IMG/VR virus record: IMGVR_UViG_3300023116_008583 | Coordinates: 26,192-90,191 of that record | Source of the DNA: a virus | DNA length: 64,000 nt | Direction: 5' to 3' (one strand) | Part shown: in pieces, positions 38,047 through 50,589 of the stretch | Numbering within the stretch: the first letter of the stretch is position 1 | Layout: each line of letters opens with the position of its first letter | Position numbers and translations under genes: made by a program | The notes under the pieces: generated by a model | What the model was told of the DNA's origin: nothing | The model's database searches: none | Seen by the model: the letters and a program-made list of their open reading frames with translations, nothing else

Positions 38047-38394
38047 ATGAAAGACCTAGTTAGAAACATTGTAAGACATGAGATTAATGAGCAGGCTTCT
38101 CGTAGAACTGTTATTAATCCACCGTCTAAAACTTATATTCTGGTCTATGATAACTCCTATCTTCTAAACAACCTCCTTACTCGCATTCGTGTGATGGAAG
38201 GGGTATCGACTGTGTATCAGAGAGATGCTATTAAGAAGGTCGGTAATCGATCAAAGGTACCAGTTGAGATATCTTACTTGCCTGTTGAGGGTTCTGGTGG
38301 AGACGCAGCTTTTGTTGAGGAGCTCTTGAAAAAAGTGAGAAATCTTAAGGGTGTTGTTCGCCTAGAGAAGCCTGTTTCCGCACCTCAAAACTAA
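38047..38394 (+). CDS. hypothetical protein with N-terminal helical tag
   Basis: LVRNIVRHEINE. Confidence 0.6.
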   Translation: MKDLVRNIVRHEINEQASRRTVINPPSKTYILVYDNSYLLNNLLTRIRVMEGVSTVYQRDAIKKVGNRSKVPVEISYLPVEGSGGDAAFVEELLKKVRNLKGVVRLEKPVSAPQN

Positions 38395-38395
38395 A

Positions 38396-38424
38396 ATGTA
38401 ATTTGCGCCTTTTGTGAGTATAAT
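38396..38424 (+). promoter_or_regulatory. sigma70-like promoter
   Basis: ATGTAA-N17-TATAAT, then AGGAGGT. Confidence 0.65.
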
Positions 38425-38442
38425 ATTACCACAGGAGGTAGG

Positions 38443-39282
38443 ATGAAAGTACTCATTCTCGATGGTCATAATCTCATTCACCGTGCACGAGCGGGCTACA
38501 ACCGCGGTGCACATTCAATCACGTACATGTTCTTCAGGTCTCTCCGACCGCTGATTGAAAAGATGTCGCCTGACAAGGTGTATTTTGTGCTCGAAGGTAG
38601 CCCAAAGAAAAGAATCCAGCTAGACGGCGACTATAAAGCAAATCGAAAGATCGATGAGTCTGATCCAAAGTGGGAAACCATGCAGGACTTTTTCAGGCAA
38701 AAAGATGAGTGCGTAGAGTTGCTCTATCAGGCGTTTCCTTTTACTATTGTCCGCCATCCCGATTTTGAAGCAGACGACATCATTGCTCACTACGCAAGGT
38801 TGCACAAGGAAGATGACGTCGTGATCGCCTCAGGTGATTCTGATTTCATTCAGCTGCTAACAGATGAGAACCCACAGATCAAGCTTTATCATCCAATTAA
38901 AAAAGATTTTGTTACACCTCCTGACTATGACTACTTAGAGTGGAAGGCTATTCGTGGCGATGCTACAGACAATGTGCCTGGCATTCCTCGACATGGCGAT
39001 AAGACTGCGGAAAAGATTGTGAGAGATCCTGAACTCTTTGAGAAAAAGCTTGAGGATCCTGAGTGGGAAGCACAGTTTTTGAGAAACTTAAGCTTAATTA
39101 GAATTGATGCACTTACTCAAACCGAAATCGACGGTATTCAAGTCGTTGAACCTGACCTCAACACTCAAGTTATTAAAGAAGCGTTTGAAGGTTGGGAGTT
39201 TGGTTCTGTTTTAAAAGAAAAACCCTGGAATAAGTTTATCAAGACTTTCGAGGATATCTTAGAAGGAGAAAGCTTTGCCTGA
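38443..39282 (+). CDS. 5'-3' exonuclease / flap endonuclease
   Basis: LDGHN, YKANR, EADD, SGDSD, GDATDNVPGI. Confidence 0.93.
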   Translation: MKVLILDGHNLIHRARAGYNRGAHSITYMFFRSLRPLIEKMSPDKVYFVLEGSPKKRIQLDGDYKANRKIDESDPKWETMQDFFRQKDECVELLYQAFPFTIVRHPDFEADDIIAHYARLHKEDDVVIASGDSDFIQLLTDENPQIKLYHPIKKDFVTPPDYDYLEWKAIRGDATDNVPGIPRHGDKTAEKIVRDPELFEKKLEDPEWEAQFLRNLSLIRIDALTQTEIDGIQVVEPDLNTQVIKEAFEGWEFGSVLKEKPWNKFIKTFEDILEGESFA

Positions 39283-40078
39283 AGGACCAGAATGTAGAAG
39301 AATGGCATTGCAGCTTGCTGAGCAAGTTTCTAACAAGACAATAAAGTCAATAGAAATACTCACAGGCAGGTATACGAAAAAACCGATAGAGAATATTGAG
39401 AAGTTTGAAGACGACTTTCCCATAAAGATCCAAGGTGCCGGAGTCCACGGAAAGTTCATCTTTTTCCTGCTCGATAATCAGTGGAGCATCTGGAATACTC
39501 TAGGTATGACTGGATCTTGGTCTGCTGAGCAGAAAAAGCACAGCAGAGTAAAGCTTTGTTTGAATGAAGGCGATTTATATTTTAACGACCAGCGTAATTT
39601 TGGAACTCTAAAGATCGTTCAAGGCAAAGATCCTCTCGTTGAGAAGCTTAACTCGTTAGGTCCAGATCTATTAGCTGAGGAGTGCCCGAACAGGTTGTTC
39701 GCCGAGCGCCTGGCAAAAAAGCACAATAAAACTATCGCTGAAGCAATAATGGATCAATCCGTCCTGTCTGGGGTTGGAAATTACGTCAAGGCTGAAGCTC
39801 TTTATCTTGCAAAGATCAGCCCAAACAGAGTCGTCAGCGATCTAACTTCAGATGAGATAGTGCTTTTGAATAAGACTACCAGATCAGTGCTGGTGAATTC
39901 CTTTGAGTCTGGTGGTGCAACTATTAAATCTTATGCCGATTTTTACGGTGATGTCGGCACTGCCACTGATAGATTTTTGGTCTACGGTAAAAAGTTTGAT
40001 CCTAACGGAAATCCTGTCGTAAGAGAAAAAACTGCTGACGGTCGCACGACACACTGGGTTCCAAAAGTTCAAAATTAG
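39275..40078 (+). CDS. Fpg/Nei DNA glycosylase-AP lyase (zincless finger)
   Basis: N-terminal PEGPE, GK, LGMTG, GVGNY, GRTTHW with no Cys finger. Confidence 0.92.
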   Translation: MPEGPECRRMALQLAEQVSNKTIKSIEILTGRYTKKPIENIEKFEDDFPIKIQGAGVHGKFIFFLLDNQWSIWNTLGMTGSWSAEQKKHSRVKLCLNEGDLYFNDQRNFGTLKIVQGKDPLVEKLNSLGPDLLAEECPNRLFAERLAKKHNKTIAEAIMDQSVLSGVGNYVKAEALYLAKISPNRVVSDLTSDEIVLLNKTTRSVLVNSFESGGATIKSYADFYGDVGTATDRFLVYGKKFDPNGNPVVREKTADGRTTHWVPKVQN

Positions 40079-40113
40079 CATTTACTATTTGTGCTTTTTT
40101 TCATAGAATAATA

Positions 40114-40334
40114 GTGAATGTTATACCAATGCAAGAAATTTATACAGGCAGCATACTTTCATATAGGATCTTAGTTGAGGACGGTAATAAAGTCCTTAAA
40201 ATGGGAACTATAGATGCTGAAAATAAAATGTCTGATGAGACGCATGAGTTGTATGCAAAGCTTTTAGCTACAAGATATAACGTAAACTACAATAAAATTT
40301 GGATTATACCCAACAGAATATTTGAAAGAAGTAT

Positions 40335-40338
<4 letters not shown>
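40114..40338 (+). CDS. hypothetical protein
   Basis: Preceded by TTTACT-N17-TAGAAT. Confidence 0.5.
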
Positions 40339-42871
<2,533 letters not shown>

Positions 42872-42900
42872 TTACTTCTAGGCATTCCGCCCTAGGAGTT

Positions 42901-43095
42901 ATGACAGTGAATGGATTTCTTTTGTTTTATCAAGTTGCATTAGTTTTTTTTGCATTGATGTTTGTTTTGGATATAGCTCTTATCGGAGTTTCTCCTGCAA
43001 CATATGCGTGGCCAGTTTGTTTTGCGTATTACTACATGAGATATCAAGTGGCTAAGAAGTTCTACAATTTGTCGAAAGAAAAAGAAGATGATTGA
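42901..43095 (+). CDS. small membrane protein
   Basis: Two hydrophobic segments; AGGAG RBS. Confidence 0.55.
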   Translation: MTVNGFLLFYQVALVFFALMFVLDIALIGVSPATYAWPVCFAYYYMRYQVAKKFYNLSKEKEDD

Positions 43096-43534
43096 AGGTG
43101 TTTGGAAAACTCTTTCTGGCACTGAGGTTGATATCTCAGAAAAAATTGAAAAGTTTAGAGTTGACAAATATAACGTACATGTAGGAAGCGACTCATGCTT
43201 GTGCGGTGAGAAGTTCAGACTAATCACCACAATATGCTTCAGGGAGCCCGGCAAAGGTGTTATAGTTTTTTGGCGTGTAAAGAAGCCAAATTCACCAGAA
43301 TCACTTTATAAAAGATTGCAGATGGAAGTACTTGATTCAATTGATATTGCTTCAAAAGTTCAAGAATTATCTGGAAGAGATATAACAGTACATGTTGACA
43401 TTAATCCAGATGAGAAGTACGATTCAAATAGATTTTACGATGAAATGGTTGGTATGGTAAAAGGTTGTGGATTTAAATGCATTACTAAACCCGATGCATT
43501 TGCTTCTGCGATTGCAGACATGTACACGAGGTAA
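43088..43534 (+). CDS. RNase H-like YkuK (DUF458) family protein
   Basis: VGSDS, RLQMEV..S, VHVDIN, KPDAFAS..AD. Confidence 0.8.
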   Translation: MIEGVWKTLSGTEVDISEKIEKFRVDKYNVHVGSDSCLCGEKFRLITTICFREPGKGVIVFWRVKKPNSPESLYKRLQMEVLDSIDIASKVQELSGRDITVHVDINPDEKYDSNRFYDEMVGMVKGCGFKCITKPDAFASAIADMYTR

Positions 43535-43537
43535 GAT

Positions 43538-44095
43538 ATGAATGAGAAAGTTAAAGAGAAGATCGAGGGTTTTGCCAAAACTTTTGACGATGCTAAATCA
43601 ATTGTAGAAGAAAGCTTTGAAAAATCAGAAGGTGTAATTCAATCTGCTATTGACTCTAATAAATTAGCAGCCGAAACTAGAACTATTGTTGATGCTTCTA
43701 CTGAGTGGATGATTCTTGTCAAGAATGACGCATACGAAAAGGGGCGACAAGAAGGATACGCTTCTGCTTCTGAACATGTCCTTCCGGTTTTGCAGCAAAA
43801 GAAGGAGATGATAAAACAGCTTGATTCTCTGCTTAAAAAGTTTTTAGATGCTATGGGCAATGAGCTTACTGTTGCAATTGATGCGCTTGAGATGAATAGG
43901 ACTCGAATCCACGATAAGGATAAGCAAATTCAGGATCAAAAAGAGCTTCTGAATACAAGAGCCAAAGCGATTTCTTCCCTTAGGGAAGAAGTAGAAAGCC
44001 TTAAAAGAGAAAACGAAGCTCTTCAAAAGAAAGCTGAAGAAAAGCCAAAGCGTGGGCGCCCAAGAAAGAAGAAGGAAGAAGACCCTTTGGACTAA
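43538..44095 (+). CDS. coiled-coil protein with C-terminal AT-hook-like motif
   Basis: KPKRGRPRKK. Confidence 0.6.
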   Translation: MNEKVKEKIEGFAKTFDDAKSIVEESFEKSEGVIQSAIDSNKLAAETRTIVDASTEWMILVKNDAYEKGRQEGYASASEHVLPVLQQKKEMIKQLDSLLKKFLDAMGNELTVAIDALEMNRTRIHDKDKQIQDQKELLNTRAKAISSLREEVESLKRENEALQKKAEEKPKRGRPRKKKEEDPLD

Positions 44096-44096
44096 A

Positions 44097-44118
44097 GGGA
44101 GAGGAGAAAACCTCTCCC
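44097..44118 (+). terminator. strong hairpin after stop codon (terminator or stabiliser)
   Basis: GGGAGAGG-AGAAAA-CCTCTCCC, 8-bp stem, no clear U-tract. Confidence 0.4.
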
Positions 44119-44162
44119 GAAAGCACTTGGACAAAAATAAAAAACAAGATCTGGAACTTATA

Positions 44163-45146
44163 ATGAGAGAACTTAGCCCAGAAATAGAAGAGAAGCTAGC
44201 TAGGATTGAGTCTATGGTGGGTAATACTCCACTCTTAAAGCTAGATTTTGTCTTTCATAACAAACCAGTCAGCATCTTTGCCAAATACGAAGCTGTAAAT
44301 TTTTCAGGTAGCATCAAAGATCGAATGGCAATTAAGATCTTAAGACATGCATACACTACAGGCATTTTAAACCCAGGAGATTTGATAGTAGAGGCAACGT
44401 CTGGAAATACTGGAATTGCCTTTTCAGCAATGGGTGCATTCCTCGACCATCCTGTTAAGATCTACATGCCTGAGTGGATGAGCGAGGAGAGAAAAGCTCT
44501 CATGCGTCTTTATGGTGCTGAAGTTGTTGAAGTTACTCAAGAACAGGGTGGATTCCTAGGATCAATGGAAATGGCAGCCGCTGATGCCGAAAAAGAGGGT
44601 GTGTTCTGCCCGTCTCAATTTTCAAATTGGCAAAACGTTGAGGCACATAGAGAGACAACAGGCCCAGAAATAGCAAAGGCTTTTGCAGATCTTGGTCTTC
44701 GCCCGGATGCTTTTGTTGCTGGTGCTGGAACTGGCGGTACGATCATGGGTGTGTCTTCCATCCTTAAGATGGAAAACATAAACCTTAAATCTCATCCAGT
44801 TTTTCCATTAAATCACGAGGAAAACGGCGGCACGCATAGAATAGAAGGGATCGGAGATTCTTTTGTCCCAAAGATTCTAAAGCTAAATGCTCTACATTCA
44901 GAAATAAGAGTAGATGATGAAGATGCAATTGTTGTCGCCCAAATGCTAAATCAGAAAGGGCTTTCAGCAGGAATCTCCTCAGGAGCAAATGTCTGGGCAG
45001 CTCTTTCTATTGCATCAAAAGGTGGCAAAAACGTCGCAACGGTTTTGTGTGATTCTGCAATGAAATATTTAACTACTGATCTTTGCAAGCCTGCAAAAAA
45101 AGCTATGGGCGATTTAAAGTTTGTAGGATTTGATCGAGTTGACTGA
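44163..45146 (+). CDS. PLP-dependent cysteine synthase family protein
   Basis: GNTPL, SGSIKDR, ATSGNTG, GTGGT, GISSG. Confidence 0.92.
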   Translation: MRELSPEIEEKLARIESMVGNTPLLKLDFVFHNKPVSIFAKYEAVNFSGSIKDRMAIKILRHAYTTGILNPGDLIVEATSGNTGIAFSAMGAFLDHPVKIYMPEWMSEERKALMRLYGAEVVEVTQEQGGFLGSMEMAAADAEKEGVFCPSQFSNWQNVEAHRETTGPEIAKAFADLGLRPDAFVAGAGTGGTIMGVSSILKMENINLKSHPVFPLNHEENGGTHRIEGIGDSFVPKILKLNALHSEIRVDDEDAIVVAQMLNQKGLSAGISSGANVWAALSIASKGGKNVATVLCDSAMKYLTTDLCKPAKKAMGDLKFVGFDRVD

Positions 45147-45152
45147 TATTTA
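45146..45152 (+). promoter_or_regulatory. putative late-promoter motif ATATTTA
   Basis: At the gene junction; GGAG RBS and ATG 45172 follow. Confidence 0.45.
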
Positions 45153-45171
45153 TAATTTGCGGAGATATCAA

Positions 45172-45585
45172 ATGAATTACTCACCAGCTGCAGGCGTCGT
45201 TATTATTAAGCATCAAGAAGGGGAGCACGATGTTGTGTGCCTCTTAACACATACTGGCAAGATTGATCTAACGAAGGGAGTTATAGATCCCGGTGAAAAA
45301 CCTTTTGATACAGCCTTAAGAGAAGCTGAAGAAGAAGCTTCAATCACAGAGCTAGATTTTAAGTATGGTGAAGAACCCTTGGTACATGATGCAACGACAA
45401 TGTATGTTGCTGAGACAGCGCAAGAACCAGAAATTCAAAGAAATCCTCATACAGGTTTGTTCGAGCACAAAGCAGTGATTATGGTACCACTGAGAAAGCT
45501 CGTAAATGACCCCAGGCTTCTCGAATATCTTAGGCCTGCTGTGGACTATGCTTACGAACTCGTTTATAACGAACCCCCAATGTGA
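45172..45585 (+). CDS. Nudix hydrolase
   Basis: KGVIDPGE...ALREAEEE Nudix box. Confidence 0.85.
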   Translation: MNYSPAAGVVIIKHQEGEHDVVCLLTHTGKIDLTKGVIDPGEKPFDTALREAEEEASITELDFKYGEEPLVHDATTMYVAETAQEPEIQRNPHTGLFEHKAVIMVPLRKLVNDPRLLEYLRPAVDYAYELVYNEPPM

Positions 45586-45610
45586 ACATTTAGACCCACT
45601 AAAGTATAAT
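45582..45610 (+). promoter_or_regulatory. sigma70-like promoter
   Basis: GTGAAC-N17-TATAAT. Confidence 0.55.
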
Positions 45611-45624
45611 CAATAGTCTGTGAG

Positions 45625-46659
45625 GTGCATGTGAACAACTTGTACGAAGTACTTGGTATAGATAAAACCGCCTCAGATAAAGACATTAAAAAAGCTTACA
45701 GAAATCTTGCGAAGAAGCTGCATCCAGATACATCAGATGATCCTAATGCCGAAGAAAAATTCAAGGAAATAAGCGCTGCTTACTCTGTTCTTAGCGATCC
45801 TCAAAAGAGAAATAATTACGACAAGTACGGCACAGCTGACCCACCTACTACAGGATTCAATCAAGGCCCAATGCCTAACATTGATGACTTTTTTGGTGGG
45901 TTCGGAGGTAATTTTGAAGACTTGTTTGGCAGGAATTCTAAAAGAAGCTCTGGGCCTCAAAGAGGCACAGACATTAAAGCCCAGGTCGTCATTACACTAG
46001 AACAGGCATCAAATGGCGGAGAAGTTACGATCAACTATGACAAGATAGCTAAGTGCGGTACTTGCAATGGGAAAGGATCTGAGACGGGTGATGTTAAGGT
46101 ATGCGGAGCTTGCAATGGTGCAGGAAGCACAACGCACCAGCAAGGATTCTTTACTTTTACCTCTTCTTGTCAAAAGTGTGACGGCCAAGGAAAAGCTGTA
46201 ATAGATCCGTGCATATCCTGCAACGGTAAAGGCGTCTCAAGAAAACATAAGAACGTAAGCGTAAAAATTCCCGCAGGAATCTCAGATGGAGCAGTCGTCA
46301 GATTAAAAGGAATGGGTAATGAAACCAAGTATGGTTATCCAGGAAATTTGCTCCTCGTAGTTCATGTTGCCAAAAATGAAAACTTTGAAAGAATTGGAAA
46401 TGATGTTCATGCTGAGTTGTGGCTAAGCGTAAGCCAAGCTATGTTAGGTGATATCGTAAAAATAAAAACACTATCAGGCGAAACTAAAAACTTAAATGTT
46501 CCTGCAGGAACACAGCATGAAGACAAGTTAAAAATCAAAGGCGCCGGAATCAAAGACGGAGATCATGTCGCCATCGCCAAAATTAAAATACCGCAATACT
46601 TGACACCCAAGGAGAAGGACTTAATTGAAGAGTTCCAAAAAATTAGAAAAGATCAATGA
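45625..46659 (+). CDS. dnaJ: DnaJ chaperone
   Basis: HPD J-domain, G/F region, four CxxCxGxG repeats. Confidence 0.96.
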   Translation: MHVNNLYEVLGIDKTASDKDIKKAYRNLAKKLHPDTSDDPNAEEKFKEISAAYSVLSDPQKRNNYDKYGTADPPTTGFNQGPMPNIDDFFGGFGGNFEDLFGRNSKRSSGPQRGTDIKAQVVITLEQASNGGEVTINYDKIAKCGTCNGKGSETGDVKVCGACNGAGSTTHQQGFFTFTSSCQKCDGQGKAVIDPCISCNGKGVSRKHKNVSVKIPAGISDGAVVRLKGMGNETKYGYPGNLLLVVHVAKNENFERIGNDVHAELWLSVSQAMLGDIVKIKTLSGETKNLNVPAGTQHEDKLKIKGAGIKDGDHVAIAKIKIPQYLTPKEKDLIEEFQKIRKDQ

Positions 46660-47077
46660 CTGGCATCCTCCAAAATCTCCCTATGGTTTGATTCAAGAAG
46701 AATTATATGAAGATCCGTGGAAGATACTCGTTGCGTGTGTTTTTTGTAATTTGACAAGGAGGTTTACAGCTGAGCCCATCATGCGAGAGTTCTTTGATCT
46801 GTATCCTACACCAAATGATGCGATGAATGCGAACTCTTCGCGCTTGGAAGAGATGCTCAAGCCTATCGGGCTTAGCGCCAGAAGAGCAAAGACACTAATC
46901 AGAATGTCTAAAGAATACTTGGAAAAAGACTGGAAAGAGCCTATAGAGCTTTACGGTATTGGCAAGTATGGAAATGATGCGTGGAAGATATTTTGTACAC
47001 CTGACTGGAAAAATGTACAGCCAAAGGATCACGCTTTAAATTGGTATCACGATTGGCTAATTGCCAATTATGCATAA
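46625..47077 (+). CDS. MBD4-like HhH mismatch DNA glycosylase
   Basis: [11 protein letters not shown]...DPW...[17 protein letters not shown]. Confidence 0.85.
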   Translation: MKSSKKLEKINDWHPPKSPYGLIQEELYEDPWKILVACVFCNLTRRFTAEPIMREFFDLYPTPNDAMNANSSRLEEMLKPIGLSARRAKTLIRMSKEYLEKDWKEPIELYGIGKYGNDAWKIFCTPDWKNVQPKDHALNWYHDWLIANYA

Positions 47078-47112
47078 TTATAATAGAAGAGAAATCTTCA
47101 GAGAGGAATAAA

Positions 47113-47304
47113 ATGAAGCAAGACGATTTACAACAGATTGTTGAAGTAAGGCAACACTTGGTTGAATTCTACGGTGCGCTTGGGCAGAAACGTTCACCTG
47201 GCGCAGATATCGGAATTCTTAAACAGAGTGATGTTGCTCATGAACTTGAACAGCTAATCAGAAAAGTTGATACTGTTCTCGCACCTTATGTCAATTTCGA
47301 GTAA
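47113..47304 (+). CDS. hypothetical protein
   Basis: GAGGA RBS. Confidence 0.6.
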   Translation: MKQDDLQQIVEVRQHLVEFYGALGQKRSPGADIGILKQSDVAHELEQLIRKVDTVLAPYVNFE

Positions 47305-47306
47305 AC

Positions 47307-47522
47307 ATGTACGAGATCATCACACCCCCATACGAGGTCGTGGAGATCTATGTCGAATGGATAAATGAGTGTGCTGATATGTCTGACCATTTCCGAATTA
47401 TAGGAGACTTAAAGTCTGCAAAGGAGTGGGAAGCTTCCATGATAGAAGCCCAAGAGGCAATGTCAGAATATTTAACAACTCTTCAATCACAAGTAATATT
47501 CAATAAATACGGAAAGGGGTAA
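47307..47522 (+). CDS. hypothetical protein
   Basis: ORF packing. Confidence 0.55.
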   Translation: MYEIITPPYEVVEIYVEWINECADMSDHFRIIGDLKSAKEWEASMIEAQEAMSEYLTTLQSQVIFNKYGKG

Positions 47523-47526
47523 AAAA

Positions 47527-47871
47527 ATGCCATCTTCATCTAGAACAAGTTTGAGCGCTCTGGAACTTGAACACCCATCAAACGCGCCTACTAACCAAAT
47601 AACTAAAGCCGAAACAGGCAATACAAGTGAGAGCACAGAAGATGTGCTTGAGACTGTGGGTTTGATCAATCAGAAAGTTAATGATGCAACTGAGCCTGCA
47701 CAAGCAATCATCAATTCTCTCGCTGTTGAGCCTGATGTAGAAAGTGCAACAAAGACTAGAAAGCGTCGCGCTAAAAAGTCGACAAGCACAAGAACAGATA
47801 CGACTAAGTCTAAGACGACTGCTCGCTCTAGAAAAACTACGAAGTCATCAAGAAAAACAAAGACAACCTAA
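47527..47871 (+). CDS. protein with basic Lys/Arg/Thr-rich tail (histone-H1-like composition)
   Basis: KTRKRRAKKSTST...SRKTKTT. Confidence 0.5.
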   Translation: MPSSSRTSLSALELEHPSNAPTNQITKAETGNTSESTEDVLETVGLINQKVNDATEPAQAIINSLAVEPDVESATKTRKRRAKKSTSTRTDTTKSKTTARSRKTTKSSRKTKTT

Positions 47872-47879
47872 GGGGTTAA

Positions 47880-48380
47880 ATGAACTCGATCTGGGTGGGC
47901 TTTTATTCACCTCCTTTGCGCAATTGGCGCCATAAGATCGTTGCATGGTGGACTAAGAGTCCTCTTGTTCATTCTGAGCTCATACTTCCTGGCGGAATCA
48001 CCGCCGGAATTTGTCCAGAAGGTGAAGGTGTTGTGAGGATGGTCCAAGAGGACCGATCTGAACACGAGTACTGGAAAAAGGTTGAGCTTAAAGTTGATGA
48101 TCACCAGCTAAAAAATATATTCAGATTCTATGAGCAAACAGCCGGACAGCGATATGACTGGATCGGGATGTTAATATCACAATTCGTGCCGTACATGATC
48201 AAGCATGATCGGAAGTGGTACTGCTCTCAATGGATCGCACATGCTCTTATCACAGCAGGCATTTTCCCGGTGACATACGAAAAGATCTCTCCTGGTCGCC
48301 TCTATGAGATGGTTTTGAATGTAGCAGCGCAACAGTCACTTGATGAAGATTTGTGTAGCTCTGAGAGCAGCCAAGTATAA
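47880..48380 (+). CDS. permuted papain-like (NlpC/P60) enzyme
   Basis: HSEL...YDWIG...WYCSQW (His before Cys). Confidence 0.7.
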   Translation: MNSIWVGFYSPPLRNWRHKIVAWWTKSPLVHSELILPGGITAGICPEGEGVVRMVQEDRSEHEYWKKVELKVDDHQLKNIFRFYEQTAGQRYDWIGMLISQFVPYMIKHDRKWYCSQWIAHALITAGIFPVTYEKISPGRLYEMVLNVAAQQSLDEDLCSSESSQV

Positions 48381-48381
48381 T
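48353..48381 (+). promoter_or_regulatory. sigma70-like promoter
   Basis: GTGTAG-N17-TATAAT, then AGGAGG. Confidence 0.6.
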
Positions 48382-48402
48382 CAATACAAATCAGGAGGAA
48401 TT

Positions 48403-49350
48403 ATGCGTTACGGCTATGCTTGCATCAACATGACTTTGCAAAAGAATCATAAGATCACTACCAATCGGTCTATGATCAAGCGTACTTTTGCTGCCAAAGG
48501 AATAGATTATGCCTCAGAGCTGGCTGTAAAAAACACTGAGGATCTTGTAAAAGTTATTCAATGGAACAATCGCAACGGATTTAAGCTGTTTCGGATGTCT
48601 TCCAAGCTATTCCCTTGGGCTTCTGAGTATCGCCTAGAAGACTTGCCTGACTTTGCCGAGATCAGGTCTAATCTTGAGGCGGCAGGCAAAGAAGCTATGG
48701 ATAACGGACAGCGTCTTTCTTTTCACCCGGGCCCATTCAATATTCTCACGTCTCCTCACGAGCGGGTTGTCCAGTCTTCTTACACAGACTTACGAATCCA
48801 CGGTGAAATAATGGATTTGATGGGAATGCCCAGAAATCACTGGGCCAAGATCAACATTCATATTGGTGCTTCATATGGAGATCACCAGTCAGCAACTGAT
48901 CGATGGTGCAAAAACTTTGAAGGCTTACCTGATTCTGTCAAGTCAAGACTGACAGTAGAAAATGATGACAAAGAATCGCTGTATGGTGTGTCTCACTTAC
49001 ACGAGCTGGTTTATGCTCGAACAGGTGTGCCGATCGTATTTGATTACCATCACCATCGTTTTGTCGACGGTGGACTTTCTGAAAGAGATGCACTTCATCT
49101 TGCTGTGTCCACGTGGCCTGATGGTATCAAGCCCACTACACACTATTCAGACTCAAGATCTATTGAAATGAACAATGACAAGATTAAACCGCAGGCTCAC
49201 TCTAACTACATCTTTAACTTTGTCGACACCCATGATCTAGATATTGACATTATGTTCGAGGCGAAAGCAAAAGAATTGGCGGTCATAAACTATACGGAAA
49301 ATCTATGCCAAGATGACGACGTTAAATTCTGTTATACTTTAGACAAATAG
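48403..49350 (+). CDS. uvsE: UV DNA damage endonuclease
   Basis: GYAC, FRMSS, HPG, ENDD, FDYHHH, HYS, EAKAKE. Confidence 0.93.
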   Translation: MRYGYACINMTLQKNHKITTNRSMIKRTFAAKGIDYASELAVKNTEDLVKVIQWNNRNGFKLFRMSSKLFPWASEYRLEDLPDFAEIRSNLEAAGKEAMDNGQRLSFHPGPFNILTSPHERVVQSSYTDLRIHGEIMDLMGMPRNHWAKINIHIGASYGDHQSATDRWCKNFEGLPDSVKSRLTVENDDKESLYGVSHLHELVYARTGVPIVFDYHHHRFVDGGLSERDALHLAVSTWPDGIKPTTHYSDSRSIEMNNDKIKPQAHSNYIFNFVDTHDLDIDIMFEAKAKELAVINYTENLCQDDDVKFCYTLDK

Positions 49351-49380
49351 TGAATATAATCATATCAATTAGAGGATTAA

Positions 49381-49677
49381 ATGGCACAGAATAAAAAGAG
49401 ATTTAAGCGACCTATTGGCAAAGCGAAGAAAACAGGTGTTACTGAAGCGTGGCCCTGGGAAAGAAAGTCCGGATTCTGCCAATCTGACTCACATCCCTGG
49501 CATGTTTGCTTGGCATTCGATGGACAGAAAGAAGGCGCAATACATACTATGTTTACTTATATCGATCGTCAAGACGCATATAATAAGTCTAAAGCTTTAA
49601 ATAAGATTTACAAAAACTCAAATAGATTTATCACGTATATAAGAAACTGGAAAACGGGTGAAGAGATAGAAACTTGA
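49381..49677 (+). CDS. hypothetical protein
   Basis: GAGGA RBS; TATAAT upstream. Confidence 0.6.
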   Translation: MAQNKKRFKRPIGKAKKTGVTEAWPWERKSGFCQSDSHPWHVCLAFDGQKEGAIHTMFTYIDRQDAYNKSKALNKIYKNSNRFITYIRNWKTGEEIET

Positions 49678-49696
49678 TGATACTTATTTGACGTAT

Positions 49697-49784
49697 GGAG
49701 AGTTGACCGAGAGGCCGATGGTGGTCGCCTGGAACGCGGCTGTGGGGCAACCCACCGAGGGTTCGAATCCCTCACTCTCCTCCA
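49697..49784 (+). tRNA. tRNA-Ser(GGA)
   Basis: GGAGAGT/ACTCTCC acceptor stem, GTCGC-CTGGAAC-GCGGC anticodon arm, long variable arm, GGTTCGAATCC, encoded CCA. Confidence 0.93.
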
Positions 49785-49802
49785 AAACTTAAAGGGGCAC
49801 TC

Positions 49803-50588
49803 ATGCAGAAAATTTTATCTCTCTCTCTCGTTTTCCTGTTTCTAACATCTTGTAGTTCACATAATCAAGAAGCAGCTACTTGTGACAACGCTGAGCAGGT
49901 TCAAGAATCTGCTTTTGCTGATGCTGCCGCTCCTGCAGCTCCTGTTGACACGCTAAATCCTTACGAGCTTAGAGCAAGATATGCAACTGTCAAGGTGTTT
50001 ACACCGGGCAGCGGCAGAGGCTCCGGAACGTATGTTCTCCACAAGGGAAGATATCTGGTCATTACAGCAGCTCATGTTATCGACGATTCGGAAAGATCTT
50101 TTGTGTGGGTTGTGACTCCCGAAGGAGAGAGAAAGAAGGCGTGGATAGTTTACTTTGATCTCGCAGAAGATCTCGCTGTTCTTGCGCTTAAGAAGCTCGA
50201 TTCAATTTTAGCGATGCCTCTTAGGGTTAACAGATCCCTCCCAGAAATCGGTGAGACGATCGTGTACTCAGGATACCCGGGACATCATGATCTTCTAACT
50301 CTTAGAGGTCAAGTAGCAGGAATAGAAAAGATTTCTGAAGGAAGAACAAAGATAACAGTCCACACCTACGGTTGGATGGGCGCATCAGGATCTGGATTCT
50401 TTGATCAAAAAGGTAATATGGTAGGAGTTCTGGTTGCCCTTCCCATAGGAAGGGGTTACGTTCCCCAGCTTTTAGAAGCCATAGTTTTTGCTACGCCAAT
50501 ATCACTGCTTGATTTCGATAAGCTTGATGAGAATCTATGCGCTGAGCAAGGTTGGATGAAGCCTGAATGGTGCCCAACTGATAAGTGA
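49803..50588 (+). CDS. trypsin-like serine protease, lipoprotein
   Basis: Lipobox LTSC, TAAHV, DLA, GASGSG. Confidence 0.85.
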   Translation: MQKILSLSLVFLFLTSCSSHNQEAATCDNAEQVQESAFADAAAPAAPVDTLNPYELRARYATVKVFTPGSGRGSGTYVLHKGRYLVITAAHVIDDSERSFVWVVTPEGERKKAWIVYFDLAEDLAVLALKKLDSILAMPLRVNRSLPEIGETIVYSGYPGHHDLLTLRGQVAGIEKISEGRTKITVHTYGWMGASGSGFFDQKGNMVGVLVALPIGRGYVPQLLEAIVFATPISLLDFDKLDENLCAEQGWMKPEWCPTDK

Positions 50589-50589
50589 G

